Source of the DNA: an uncultured delta proteobacterium
GTDB taxonomy: Bacteria > Myxococcota_A > Polyangia > Polyangiales > Polyangiaceae
Direction: 5' to 3'
Assembly (NCBI GenBank): GCA_963782055.1
Contig: CAWAIF010000003.1
Span: forward strand, 3,392,001-3,456,000
Length of the DNA stretch: 64,000 nt
The notes under the pieces are model-generated. The model did no database searches. It was not told the DNA's origin and saw only the letters and a program-made list of their open reading frames with translations. This document shows, in pieces, positions 12,929 to 22,920 of the stretch; position 1 is the stretch's first letter; each line of letters starts with the position of its first letter. The translations under genes and the position numbers were made by a program.

Positions 12929-14629
12929 CTACTTGCGCAGGTAGTCCCGCCCCATCTTCTCGAGGAACTCGTCGTACCGACCCCCGAAGTCGTCGAGCAC
13001 CGTGCAGTGCTGGTCCTCGGCGTTCTTGCCGTGCTGCAGCTCGATGACGCGGGTGCAGAGCTCGCCGACGAAGTGGCGGTCGTGGCTGACGACGACGACG
13101 GTGCCCTTGAAGAGGTTGAGGCCGTCGAGGAGGCCCTCGATGGACTCGATGTCCAGGTGGTTGGTGGGCTCGTCCAGCACCAGCACGTTGTGGCGCTGGA
13201 GCAGGAGCTTGCAGAGCAACAGGCGCGCGGCCTCGCCGCCGGAGAGCGACTCGGTCTGCTTGAGCGCTGCCTCGCCGGAGAAGAGCAGGCGCCCCATGAT
13301 GCTGCGAATGGCCTCCTGCGGCGCGTTCTTGTCGAACTGGTAGAGCCAGTCGAACGCGGTCATCCCCTTGGCACGCTCGCCGAGCGCCTCGTGGTGATCC
13401 TGGGCGAAGTAGCCGACCGAGGTGTCGTGGCCCCAGCGGATCTCGCCCTTCTCCGCCTGGAGGGTCTCCTCCCTGGTCTCGGCGTCGACGCCGGGGGAGC
13501 CGCCCACCATCAGCTTGAGGAGCGTCGACTTGCCGATGCCGTTCGGCCCGATGACGGCGACCTTGTCGCCCCGGTTCACATTGAGCGAGGCGCCCTCGAA
13601 GATGCGCTTGCGGCTGCCGTCGGGCTGGTCGAACCCCTTGACGATGTCCGTCATGCGCAGCACGTCGCGGCCGCTGGGCTTGTCGATCTCGAAGCGGATG
13701 AACGGCCGCACCAGGCTGGTGCGCTTGCTCCCGCGCGCCTCGATCTGCTCCTCCAGCTTCTCGATCTGCTTGAGGCGGCTCTGCGCCTGGCTGCTCTTGG
13801 ACTTGTGCGCGCCGAAGCGCTGCACGAAGCCCTTCAGCTCGCCCACCTTCTTCTGCGCGGCGGCGTTCTGCGCGTCGGCGCGCTGCTTCTGCTCGTACTT
13901 CTGCTCGACGAAGTCGTCGTAGCCGCCGGTGTAGATGGTGATGGTGCGGTAGTCGATGTCGGCGATGTGCGTCGCGACGGCGTTGAGGAAGTGGCGGTCG
14001 TGGGAGACGCACACCAGGGTGCCGCGGTACTCGTCGATGAGGAAGCGCTCCAGCCAGCGGATGGACTCCAGGTCGAGGTGGTTCGTCGGCTCGTCGAGCA
14101 GCAGCACGTCCGGGTTGCCGAAGAGCACCTGCGCGATGAGCACGCGCAGCTTGTAGCCGGCGGGCAGGGTGCTCATGGCGTCGGTGTGCTTCTCGGCCGG
14201 GATGCCCAGGCCCTCCAGGAGCTTGGCGGCCTCCGGCTCGGCCATGTAGCCGTTCTCCTCGGCGATGACGCCCTCCAGCTCGCCCAGGCGCACGCCAATC
14301 TCGTCGGTGATCTCCCCGGCGAGCAGGCGCTCCTTCTCCTGCAGCACGTCCCAGAGCACCTTGTTGCCCATGAGCACGGTGTCGAGGATTCGCTCCTTGT
14401 CGTACTCGTAGTGGTTCTGCTTCAGCACGCCGAGGCGAAGCGACCCGGGGATCTCAATCGTCCCGGTGTCGGTGTCCTCGTCGCCGCCGAGCATCTTCAC
14501 GAGGGTGGACTTGCCGGCGCCGTTGGCCCCGGTCAGGCCGTAGCGTTTCCCGGGGTCGAACTGCATCGAGACGTTCTCGAAGAGGACCGTGGGACCGAAG
14601 CGCTTGGTGACCTTGTCGAGCAGAATCAC
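12929..14629 (-). CDS. ABC-F family ATPase (ribosome-associated, YbiT-like)
   Basis: Two ABC domains (GANGAGKST, GPNGIGKST; LLLDEPTNHLD twice; LSGGE), no TM segments. Confidence 0.93.
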   Translation of the reverse strand: MILLDKVTKRFGPTVLFENVSMQFDPGKRYGLTGANGAGKSTLVKMLGGDEDTDTGTIEIPGSLRLGVLKQNHYEYDKERILDTVLMGNKVLWDVLQEKERLLAGEITDEIGVRLGELEGVIAEENGYMAEPEAAKLLEGLGIPAEKHTDAMSTLPAGYKLRVLIAQVLFGNPDVLLLDEPTNHLDLESIRWLERFLIDEYRGTLVCVSHDRHFLNAVATHIADIDYRTITIYTGGYDDFVEQKYEQKQRADAQNAAAQKKVGELKGFVQRFGAHKSKSSQAQSRLKQIEKLEEQIEARGSKRTSLVRPFIRFEIDKPSGRDVLRMTDIVKGFDQPDGSRKRIFEGASLNVNRGDKVAVIGPNGIGKSTLLKLMVGGSPGVDAETREETLQAEKGEIRWGHDTSVGYFAQDHHEALGERAKGMTAFDWLYQFDKNAPQEAIRSIMGRLLFSGEAALKQTESLSGGEAARLLLCKLLLQRHNVLVLDEPTNHLDIESIEGLLDGLNLFKGTVVVVSHDRHFVGELCTRVIELQHGKNAEDQHCTVLDDFGGRYDEFLEKMGRDYLRK

Positions 14630-14757
14630 GGGGTCGCGTGTGTAGCACACGAGGCTGCTCTTCGCACCGTGGCTGAGGCCACTGCGGCTCCGGTCGACCG
14701 GCGCCCGGCGCCCAAGGTCTTTTACCCATCAAGCATTTCGCCGTATCGTGGAAGACG

Positions 14758-17700
14758 ATGCGCGGCGCGTACGTCGGGGGGCTTCTGGACTTGCCCGGAC
14801 TCTCGGGCAACGACGAGCGTCGGGCGGTCTTCCGGCAGTCGATGGCGGAGCTCGCCCGGGCGTGCACCGAGGACGGGCCGGGCCCGCTGGAGGGCCTGCA
14901 CCCCGAGGCGGTGCTCTCCGGCGTGAAGGTCGCGCTCGCGGACGGGCTCTTCAATCGGCTGGACTGGCTGGCGCCGCCGGCGGCGGGCGCCGCCCTCTAC
15001 GAGGTGGCCTCCGCCATCCCGCTGGGCGCCGAGCAGCGCGAGCTCGGCCGGCACGTGCTCTCCTCAATGCTCGGCGGCAGCGCGGAGACCTTCGCCTCCA
15101 TCGCCACCCGCATGGCCCTCGGCAACGGCAAGGGGCTGGGCTCCCAGGGGGCGCGCGCCCGCGTCTCCTTGCTGGTGGAGCTGCCCATCGCCGCCGGCGT
15201 GGCCGACGGACCGCTGGCGCTGGCGCTGGTCGCGCGGCGGCAGCTGGTGCGCGACTTCGTCATCCGACCGTCGACCGAGTCGCTGCCCTCCCGGCGCCTG
15301 GCCGCGCGCCTGTTCGAGCGCGCCGCGCGCGAGGCGGCCCGGCGGGCGCAGCAGGGCGACTCGCACCCGCTGCGGGCCTTCGTCGCCGACGGCGTGAACG
15401 CGGCGTTCGAGCGGCTCCTCTTCGACCGCGAGCCGCTGGTGTGGCGGCACGTGGCCATCGCGCGGGGGCTGCTCGCGCCGTGGGTGACCGGCCACAACGA
15501 CGCCGTGGCCGGCGGCCTGGACACGAAGCTCTCGCCCACCGAGTGGCGGCGCGCCGCGACGAGCATCGCGGCCATGACGGCGGTGAGCCCGGAGGAGGCG
15601 CAACGGTTGACTCGTCAACTGTTCGGCGCGGCGGGCGTCTTCGAGCGCGACCGCGGCGCGGCGAGCGCCTTCGTGTGGGGCCTCGGGCGCGCGGCGGAGG
15701 CGGAGCCCGACGCCGCGGGGGAGGCGCTGGCCGACGTGGTGGAGCGCGCCCCGATGGAGGTCGCCGAGGCGGTGGCGGAGCTGGGGACCGAGTACGGCGC
15801 GGCGGCGGCGTTCGAGCGGCCCATCACCCGCCTGCTGGCGCACCTGCGCACCGCACCCGCCGCGCAGGGCGGGGACGACGGGCAGGCCGTGCTGCTGCGC
15901 GAGGTCATGACGGACATCGAGCGCATCCCCCGCCGGCGGGTCTCCCTCTCCGACGCCGAGCCGGTCGCCCAGGACGGGCCGCTGCGCGTGCAGGTGCAGC
16001 GGGCGCTGGACGCCTTCGCCGCCGAGGGCGCGCGCGCCGCGTACGGCATGGCGAAGGAGGCGCTCTCGTCCATGAGCGGGGCGATCGACACGCTGCTCGC
16101 CGTCGCCGAGGAGGAGACGAGCGACGACCAGGCGGGCGCGCTCGCGCGTCGCACCGCGCTCTCGGTGCTGCGCGACGTCGACGCCAGCCTGCTCGAGCGC
16201 GGCACGCTGCTCGAGCTGCTGCGCCTGGGCCCCGTCGCCGGCGACGTGCGCGGGCACGAGGACGCCGTGGACGCCGCCCGCGAGACCATCGCCGAGTGGA
16301 TCCTCGCCCGCGACGCGGAGGTGCCCGCCGCCAAGGTGGACGCGCACCGCACGCTGCGGATGCGCCGGCTGCGCGCGCTCTTGCACCTGGTGGACAGCGA
16401 CGTGGGCGACGAAGACCCCGCGCGCGCGGCGAAGCTGCGCCGCCGCTTCTCCCGCGTGGCGGCGGTGCTGCTCGGCCGCCTGGAGAAGGGCGTCCCGCCG
16501 TCGCTCCGACGCGCCACCTCCGCCGCGCTGGCGCGCGCCCTCGACGCCCTGGTGCGCGCGCAGGCGCTGGACCCGGCCGACGCGCTCTTGCAGGTGGCGC
16601 GCGTCATCGTGGACCCGGCGGAGTACCAGGTGCTGGCCGAGGCCTCGATGGACCCCGAGCTGCGCCACGCCTTCTCGCGCTACGCGGCGTTCGTCGGGGC
16701 ATGGTCGGACCCCGGGCTGGGCGGTCAGGACCGCGTCCGGGCGATGCTGGAGGCCTTCGAGGCCTGGACCGAAGACCTCTTCGTCGACCCCTCCAGCCGC
16801 GCGGAGGCGGTCCGCACGATGATGGTGCGCATCCACCAGGCGCTGCGTGTCGTCGCCGAGACGCCGTCGCTGGTGGGGCTGTGCAGCGAGGGGGAGACCG
16901 AGCCGGACGTGCTCGCGTCGATGGAGTCCTCGCTGCTGTCGCTCGGTCAGCTCACCGTGGGCTCGCGCGCGCGACTGATGGCGGACCCGGTGCGCACCGT
17001 GCCCGCGCACGCCGGCGCCTCCATCGCCATCGCGACCTCTCGCGTGCTCTCCGGCGCCGAGCCGGAGCTGGACGAGCGCGTCTTCGACGCCAGCGTGGCC
17101 GAGCTGGTGCGGGAGGTGCCGCGCGCGGTGGCGGTCGTCGTGCGCGAGTGCCTGGCGCGCCTCCCCGGCCTGCCGCGTCGCGCCGCCGAGATGTCCGGCG
17201 CGGTGCGCGTGAGCGAGCAGCTCCCGCCCTGGCTGCCCGCCCGGCGCACCCTCGGCGGCTTCTACGTCATCCGCGCCCTCGGCAGCGGCGCGGTGGGCAG
17301 CGTGTTCGTCGTGTGCCGCGTGGAGGAGCGCCACGACAATCAGGCCGAGCACTTCGCCCTCAAGGTGCCGGACTACTCCGGTGGCGCGGCGCGCAGCGTC
17401 TCGGAGACGGAGTTCCTCCAGATGTTCCGGCAGGAGGCGTCGGCGCTCATGTCGCTGCCCGCGCACAAAAACCTCGCCAACTTCGTCACCTTCGACACGG
17501 CCGCCCGGCCGAAGCCCATCCTGGTGATGGAGCTGGTCGAGGGCACGACGCTGGAGCACGTCATCGAGTCGCGCGCCATGACGACCGCCCGCGGCCTCCA
17601 GGTCCTCGATGACGTGCTCGCCGGGCTGGAGGCGATGCACGCGGTGGACGTCGGCCACCTGGACCTCAAGCCCTCCAACGTGATGCTCCGCGGCGGGCAC

Positions 17701-18114
17701 GAGGCTGTGCTCGTGGACTTCGGCCTCGCCGGCCGCCACATCCGGCCGGGGTGCGCCACAGGCCCGTACGGCGCGCCCGAGGTGTGGGGGGCGGAGGTGC
17801 CGGGCGCCAAGCCCACGCCGGCCAAGGCGGACGTCTACGCCTTCGGCTGCCTGGCGTTCGAGGCGCTGACGGGTCAAACCCTCTTCATGGCCGACAACGA
17901 GCTCGCGCAGATCTCGATGCACCTGGCGCACGACGGCTTCCCCGACAAGCTGCGCGGCCTGGCGGCGCGGCCGGAGCTGCAGCCCCTGGCCGAGCTGCTC
18001 TTCTCCACCCTCCGGCGGGATCCCGCGAAGCGCCCTGTCGCTGCCACCCTCCGCGCCGAGCTGCGCAAGCTCGGGCCCAGCCTGGCGCAGGCGCGCTGGC
18101 CGCTGGGGGCGTGA
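14758..18114 (+). CDS. Ser/Thr protein kinase with C-terminal kinase domain and large N-terminal helical region
   Basis: LGSGAVG, ALKV, HLDLKPSN, VDFG, APE, ADVYAFG motifs in the last ~290 aa. Confidence 0.9.
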   Translation: MRGAYVGGLLDLPGLSGNDERRAVFRQSMAELARACTEDGPGPLEGLHPEAVLSGVKVALADGLFNRLDWLAPPAAGAALYEVASAIPLGAEQRELGRHVLSSMLGGSAETFASIATRMALGNGKGLGSQGARARVSLLVELPIAAGVADGPLALALVARRQLVRDFVIRPSTESLPSRRLAARLFERAAREAARRAQQGDSHPLRAFVADGVNAAFERLLFDREPLVWRHVAIARGLLAPWVTGHNDAVAGGLDTKLSPTEWRRAATSIAAMTAVSPEEAQRLTRQLFGAAGVFERDRGAASAFVWGLGRAAEAEPDAAGEALADVVERAPMEVAEAVAELGTEYGAAAAFERPITRLLAHLRTAPAAQGGDDGQAVLLREVMTDIERIPRRRVSLSDAEPVAQDGPLRVQVQRALDAFAAEGARAAYGMAKEALSSMSGAIDTLLAVAEEETSDDQAGALARRTALSVLRDVDASLLERGTLLELLRLGPVAGDVRGHEDAVDAARETIAEWILARDAEVPAAKVDAHRTLRMRRLRALLHLVDSDVGDEDPARAAKLRRRFSRVAAVLLGRLEKGVPPSLRRATSAALARALDALVRAQALDPADALLQVARVIVDPAEYQVLAEASMDPELRHAFSRYAAFVGAWSDPGLGGQDRVRAMLEAFEAWTEDLFVDPSSRAEAVRTMMVRIHQALRVVAETPSLVGLCSEGETEPDVLASMESSLLSLGQLTVGSRARLMADPVRTVPAHAGASIAIATSRVLSGAEPELDERVFDASVAELVREVPRAVAVVVRECLARLPGLPRRAAEMSGAVRVSEQLPPWLPARRTLGGFYVIRALGSGAVGSVFVVCRVEERHDNQAEHFALKVPDYSGGAARSVSETEFLQMFRQEASALMSLPAHKNLANFVTFDTAARPKPILVMELVEGTTLEHVIESRAMTTARGLQVLDDVLAGLEAMHAVDVGHLDLKPSNVMLRGGHEAVLVDFGLAGRHIRPGCATGPYGAPEVWGAEVPGAKPTPAKADVYAFGCLAFEALTGQTLFMADNELAQISMHLAHDGFPDKLRGLAARPELQPLAELLFSTLRRDPAKRPVAATLRAELRKLGPSLAQARWPLGA

Positions 18115-18503
18115 GGGTGCCCTCCCCGCTCCTCGGCCCGCCGGACCCCGGCGGCGGCGATTGCGTTTCGTGCGGCCGGTGCTGCCACCACGGCCCGGAC
18201 ACCGTCCACCTGCTGGAGGAGGACGACGCGCGGCTGGGTCCCGATTTACTTGCAGAATACACCGTTCTGGATCGCCGCCCGCCCGGGTGGCGCTTCATGA
18301 AGAACGAGGGCTCTCGCTGCGGTGCGCTGGACGTCTCGGTGCCCGGGCGCTTCCCGTGCGCCGTCTACGAGCTCCGTCCGGAGGACTGCCGCATCGTGGA
18401 GCCCGGCTCGCCGTGCTGCCTGGAGGCGAGGCGGCTCGGCCACCTGGGCACCTCGGTGGCGTTTCGACGAACCCCTGCGCCGCGCGCGGCATCCCACGAG
18501 TGA
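18111..18503 (+). CDS. YkgJ-family cysteine-cluster (Fe-S/Zn) protein
   Basis: CVSCGRCC...RCGAL...CAVYELRPEDCR; GTGA overlap with the kinase stop. Confidence 0.85.
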   Translation: MRVPSPLLGPPDPGGGDCVSCGRCCHHGPDTVHLLEEDDARLGPDLLAEYTVLDRRPPGWRFMKNEGSRCGALDVSVPGRFPCAVYELRPEDCRIVEPGSPCCLEARRLGHLGTSVAFRRTPAPRAASHE

Positions 18504-19357
18504 TGCGCGCCGCCCTGCTCCTGCTCCTGGCCCCGCTCCTGGCCCCCTGCGGCTGCGCCGGTCCGGTGGAGGCGATCAAGGTGGCCTCGCCCGGGGAGGC
18601 CTCGGGCGCCAACGGCACGCCGCTCCACGCGGTGGCCATCCTGCGCGGCGATCAGCGCGCCGGCCTCCCCGCCGAGGGCGTCACCGTGCAGGGGAACGAG
18701 GTGCTCATCGCGCGCCCGGGGACCTTCACCTACCGCCTGGATCCCGGCGAAGACGTCGGCGTCGACGAGCAGGGAAGGGTGGCGGCGGTACGCACCCCCG
18801 GCAACCCGCCGACCATCACGTACTTCGTCCCCGGCACCGCGGTGCACGTGGGCAACGAGGTGCGCGGGGAGCTGAAGGGGCACCAGGAGCACGTCCCGCT
18901 GCTCCCCTCCGACAAGCTGGAGATGCGCGGCACCTTCGCGCCGGGGGAGACGATCCCGCTCGGCGGCGAGGTGGAGGTGCAGCGCGCCTGGTCGGCGCTC
19001 ATCTTCGGCGGGTCGCTCTTCGCGCTCGGCTACATCCCGTCGGTCGCCGTCGCGGCCGGCTCCCCACACGATTACGACCGGATGCTCTACCTGCCGCTGT
19101 TCGGCCCGTGGGTGGACCTGGTGCAGCGCGACAACTGCACGCCGGACCCCATCGATCCCACCAAGTGCTTCGCCGACGGGACGGCGCGCATCGGCCTCAT
19201 CGTGGACGGCATCGTGCAGGACACCGGCCTGCTGCTGATGCTGGTGGGGCTGCCCAGCTACGCGGTCGTGGAGTGGGGGAAGAAGAAGCAGGCGCGGGTG
19301 CGTGTCGGGCCGACGTTCGGGCGGGTGAACGGCGTGGGCGTGCAGGGATCATTCTGA
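18503..19357 (+). CDS. Hypothetical lipoprotein or membrane protein
   Basis: TGATG coupling; signal peptide MRAALLLLLAPLLAPCGC; C-terminal hydrophobic segments, ends GVQGSF. Confidence 0.7.
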   Translation: MRAALLLLLAPLLAPCGCAGPVEAIKVASPGEASGANGTPLHAVAILRGDQRAGLPAEGVTVQGNEVLIARPGTFTYRLDPGEDVGVDEQGRVAAVRTPGNPPTITYFVPGTAVHVGNEVRGELKGHQEHVPLLPSDKLEMRGTFAPGETIPLGGEVEVQRAWSALIFGGSLFALGYIPSVAVAAGSPHDYDRMLYLPLFGPWVDLVQRDNCTPDPIDPTKCFADGTARIGLIVDGIVQDTGLLLMLVGLPSYAVVEWGKKKQARVRVGPTFGRVNGVGVQGSF

Positions 19358-19738
19358 GCCGCGACGGGTCAACGCGGTCGCCGCCTCCGTCTCGAGGAAG
19401 CGGAGGAGGGGCGCGCAGGCGTCGACGAGCTCGCTGGAGGTGGGGGCCTCGATGCGCAGGACCATCGGTTTGCCTCCCGGGGTGTGCGCGTCCTCGAAGG
19501 AGACGAGCACGCGGCGGGTGCGCAGGTCGATGGAGAGGGCGCGGAGGGCGACGCCGGGCTGTCGCGCGCAAAGCCAGGCGATCGCCGGCTCCGCGAGCCG
19601 GAACGCCTCGCGCGCCGGCTCGCCGCGGAGGTCGACGCCGGGCCCGGTGAAGGGACGGCTGGCGAGATCGGTCGCCGGCAACAGACGAACGTGGCCGTCG
19701 GCGAAGCGGAGCTTCACGGTGGCGAGCTGGCAGCGCAC
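19349..19738 (-). CDS. Hypothetical protein
   Basis: 129-aa ORF with GAGG RBS, downstream of the glutaredoxin-like gene. Confidence 0.55.
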   Translation of the reverse strand: MRCQLATVKLRFADGHVRLLPATDLASRPFTGPGVDLRGEPAREAFRLAEPAIAWLCARQPGVALRALSIDLRTRRVLVSFEDAHTPGGKPMVLRIEAPTSSELVDACAPLLRFLETEAATALTRRGSE

Positions 19739-19756
19739 CCCGGGCTGGCCCTCACC

Positions 19757-20254
19757 TCACCCGTCCAGCATGCGGGCGAGGTCCCCGCTCACGTCCGCGC
19801 GCACCAGGTCCTCGTAGCCGCCCACCACCTGATCCCCGACGAAGACGACCGGGAGATCGTCCTCCTCGCAGCCCGCCTTGCGCGTGACGAAGGTCATCGT
19901 CGCCTCGTCGCCGGAGACATCCAGCTTGGTGAAGGCGAGGTCCTTGCTCTGCAGCAGCTCCTCCGTCCGCGCGACGAGGCGGGCGTTGCGCTGCCGGTCG
20001 AAGTACAGGGTGATGGGCGCGCGCGCCTTCTTCGCCTCGGGCGCCGGCGAGGACACCTTGCCGCCCCCGCGCAGCGACCCCAGCCGCTCCGTCGCGGCGC
20101 GCCGCCGGCCCAGCTCCTCCGCTGAGCAGAGCGGGGTGCCGAAGGTGACGTTCAGCCGGCGGGCGAGGTCCTTCGGGACGCGGACCGCGCCGATCTCGTC
20201 GCCACGGGGGCTGGTGATCACCGAGTGGAGTCCTGTACGGAGGCGGTCGAGCAT
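19757..20254 (-). CDS. Glutaredoxin-like protein lacking CxxC
   Basis: ITLYF...LLQSKDLAFTKLDV...LPVVFVGDQVVGGYEDL glutaredoxin-fold signature. Confidence 0.7.
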   Translation of the reverse strand: MLDRLRTGLHSVITSPRGDEIGAVRVPKDLARRLNVTFGTPLCSAEELGRRRAATERLGSLRGGGKVSSPAPEAKKARAPITLYFDRQRNARLVARTEELLQSKDLAFTKLDVSGDEATMTFVTRKAGCEEDDLPVVFVGDQVVGGYEDLVRADVSGDLARMLDG

Positions 20255-20307
20255 GGGCGATGGTTTGGCCTCACCGCCGCCGGCCGTCAACCCTTCTGAT
20301 GCGCGCT

Positions 20308-20355
20308 ACTTGGGCGGGGAGGGGCCCCGCCCAATTCACTTGGGCGGGGAGGGGC
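20308..20355. repeat. 18-bp direct repeat with an embedded inverted copy
   Basis: ACTTGGGCGGGGAGGGGC at 20308 and 20338; CCCCGCCCAA (20325-20334) is complementary to both. Confidence 0.75.
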
Positions 20356-20375
20356 GGCGCGTGCCGCCCCTGGGA

Positions 20376-22904
20376 TCAGTGAACGGCCGCCGGGATGGTG
20401 AGGGTGAGCTCGGTGTGGGCGTCGACGTCCGCCTTCGTGAAGGGCATCAGCATGTGCTCGCCCTTGGCCCAGTGATCCTGCTGGTCGGAGAAGTGCTTGT
20501 CGTCAGGGTTTTCGCTGGTGCCCTGGGTGAAGTCCAGCGTGGCGCGCGGGGTGCCGTCGGGGTCGAAGCCGATCACCATCCGGTAGAGGGGGCCGTCGCC
20601 GGCGTAGAAGGCGTCGCGCACGGTGTCCTTGTCGAAGAAGGGCGCGCCGGCGACGTCGATGGTGTCCGGCCCGCCGCCCTTCGGTGTGGGCGCGACGTCG
20701 AGCCGGTTGCCGTACAGCGAGGAGAAGCGCGCCGCCTGCACGTCGCCCAGCTTGAAGGTCGTCGGGTCGAGAGAGCCGAACTTGCTCTGCAGCCACGTGG
20801 CGGCGTCGTCGAGGGACGCCATCAGCAGCGCGTGCACGCCGCCCTGCGGCAGGAGCTGGTCCGACCCGGCGAAGCGGCCGGTCACCACGTTGCGCAGCAG
20901 CGCGAGGAAGTAGGCGGCGGAGGCGTCGTTGATGGCCGCGTAGACGTTCGGCGTGGCGAGCTGCTCGAAGACGCGCTTGACCGCGAACCACTCCATCGCG
21001 AGAAACACCACCGGCTCCCCGCGGTCCTTGTCCATCACGTGGTCCCAGGCGCCGAGCGCGGCCGCGAGGCTCTTCAGGTCGTCGCGGCTGGCATAGGCGG
21101 CCAGGTCCGGCTCGGTGCCGATGGCGGCGACGGCGTCGGCCAGCGGCGGCAGCAGGGTATCCGCCAGCACGCTGTGCTCGTCGAGCTGCATCGTCTCCAT
21201 GTCCTGGCGCGTGATCTTGCTCGGGGACGCCGTCATCGCCGTCAGGTCGTCCTCGATGCGCTGCAGCCGGAAGCCGCTGGCGAAGAAGGAGCCGTAGTAG
21301 AAGGGGTCGTTGTCCACGTTGCCGTCGGCCGTGAAGCCCCACGGGTCGGTGTTGGCGGTGGCGAGGAAGCCCTTCGGTGGGTCGACGATGCGCGGCAGCG
21401 CCGCCTGACCGAGGTCCCCGCGCGTCCAGAGGGTCGCCGCGTCGCTGCCGGGCACCACGCGGTAGGGCATGGGGTGGGTGCCCGGCGTGCCGCGGTCGGG
21501 GATGGCGGCGTGCACGTCGTAGACGATGCTCTTCTGGTCGGCGGCGACGAAGTTGTTGGCGCCCACGTCCAGGAAGGTGTCGGCCGCCTCCACCCCCGCC
21601 ACGTCCTTCGCCCGGTCCAGCCCCAAGAACGCCGAGAACTCGCGCGTGGCGCGGAAGCCGGTCCAGTCGAAGAGGATCGCGTTGCCCTTGACGAGGAAGG
21701 AGTGCGGCACCGGGAGGATGCTGTCGGGCAGCAGCACGCCGTAGCCGGGCACGTCGTAGAGGTCGACCGTCTCGTCGTGGCCGGCGGCGACGGGGTAGCC
21801 GTCGTCGCGGACGCGGATGGTCTCGGTGCGCGTCACGACGTCGTGCGCGCCGTCGCCCAGCGTCACGTGCGCCATGTCGGGGTCCACCGTCACGTCCCAC
21901 AGGTCCATCACGTCGGCGAAGTTCGTCGTCGCCGTCCACCCCACGTGCGCGTTGTGCCCGATCTCCACCGTCGGCGTGCCGGTGAAGGCGAAGCCGATCA
22001 CGTCCAGCGTGCCGCCCCCGGCGGTCGAGCTCATGGCGAGCGGGTAGAGGCGCGTGGGCTCGGTGTACGCCTGGTGCGGATCACCGCAGACGTACGGCAT
22101 GCCGGTGTCGGTGAAGGCGCCGGAGACCGCCCAGTTGTTGGACGCGAAGTGGCGGGCCGGCCACGGCGGCGGCCGGAGCAGGCGCGCGACGTCCAGCGGG
22201 GCGCTGGGCGTGACGATCGGCGGCGCGGGCGGCGGCTTCGGCACCGGGGCGGGCTTGGTCTGGTCCACCATCGGGAAGGCGTCGTACGCGGGCTGCAGGA
22301 TGGGCACCTTCGCCACCATGTCCGGCGCCAGGTTGCCGAGGAGCGTGGCGAGGAGCTCGGCGTCGAGGGTGTTGGAGTTACCGAAGGCGAGCGCCTTGGC
22401 GATGGCGAACCCGTCCTGCGCCGTGAAGGGCGCCGGGACGTAGTTCAGCTCCCCCGGTCCGAGACCGTACGGGCGCAGGGCGGTCCCCGCCTCCACCTCG
22501 TGGATGCGCTTGTTGACGCCGTCCACCCACGCGTCGACCAGCTTCGCCTCGTCGGGGCTCTCCTGCTGGAGCCGCGCCCAGTCGGCGGCCCCCAGCCTGG
22601 CGAAGTCGAAGGTTCGCGACGCGATGTCGTCCTGGAGCTTGGAGGCGCCGAAGACCTCCGAGAGCGTCCCGTCCGCCTGCCGTCGCGCCAGGTCCATCTG
22701 GAAGAGGCGGTCGCGGGCCATCGTGTAGCCCGCGCCGAAGAAGGCGTCGGGATCGTTCTGCGCGTAGACGTGGGTGATCCCGAGGTCGTCGGTCACCAGG
22801 GTGATGGGCTGGGTCGGGTAGGGCGAGGTCCGGTCCGGCTCGCCCTGGAGCGAGCAGGCCACGACAAGCACCACGCACGAGCTCACCGCAAGAAAGCGCC
22901 TCAT
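20376..22904 (-). CDS. Penicillin acylase-family Ntn-hydrolase (lipoprotein)
   Basis: DDLGITHVYA, GYTMARDRLFQMDL, beta-subunit start SNNWAVSG, GDPH; lipobox VVAC. Confidence 0.92.
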   Translation of the reverse strand: MRRFLAVSSCVVLVVACSLQGEPDRTSPYPTQPITLVTDDLGITHVYAQNDPDAFFGAGYTMARDRLFQMDLARRQADGTLSEVFGASKLQDDIASRTFDFARLGAADWARLQQESPDEAKLVDAWVDGVNKRIHEVEAGTALRPYGLGPGELNYVPAPFTAQDGFAIAKALAFGNSNTLDAELLATLLGNLAPDMVAKVPILQPAYDAFPMVDQTKPAPVPKPPPAPPIVTPSAPLDVARLLRPPPWPARHFASNNWAVSGAFTDTGMPYVCGDPHQAYTEPTRLYPLAMSSTAGGGTLDVIGFAFTGTPTVEIGHNAHVGWTATTNFADVMDLWDVTVDPDMAHVTLGDGAHDVVTRTETIRVRDDGYPVAAGHDETVDLYDVPGYGVLLPDSILPVPHSFLVKGNAILFDWTGFRATREFSAFLGLDRAKDVAGVEAADTFLDVGANNFVAADQKSIVYDVHAAIPDRGTPGTHPMPYRVVPGSDAATLWTRGDLGQAALPRIVDPPKGFLATANTDPWGFTADGNVDNDPFYYGSFFASGFRLQRIEDDLTAMTASPSKITRQDMETMQLDEHSVLADTLLPPLADAVAAIGTEPDLAAYASRDDLKSLAAALGAWDHVMDKDRGEPVVFLAMEWFAVKRVFEQLATPNVYAAINDASAAYFLALLRNVVTGRFAGSDQLLPQGGVHALLMASLDDAATWLQSKFGSLDPTTFKLGDVQAARFSSLYGNRLDVAPTPKGGGPDTIDVAGAPFFDKDTVRDAFYAGDGPLYRMVIGFDPDGTPRATLDFTQGTSENPDDKHFSDQQDHWAKGEHMLMPFTKADVDAHTELTLTIPAAVH

Positions 22905-22920
22905 GCGGACATCCTACGCC

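Noticed and set aside
19739..19759. TGA readthrough or selenocysteine joining the Grx-like ORF to the same-frame downstream ORF
   Set aside because: The downstream ORF has its own GAGG RBS and GTG, the TGA is not at a catalytic position, and I see no convincing SECIS
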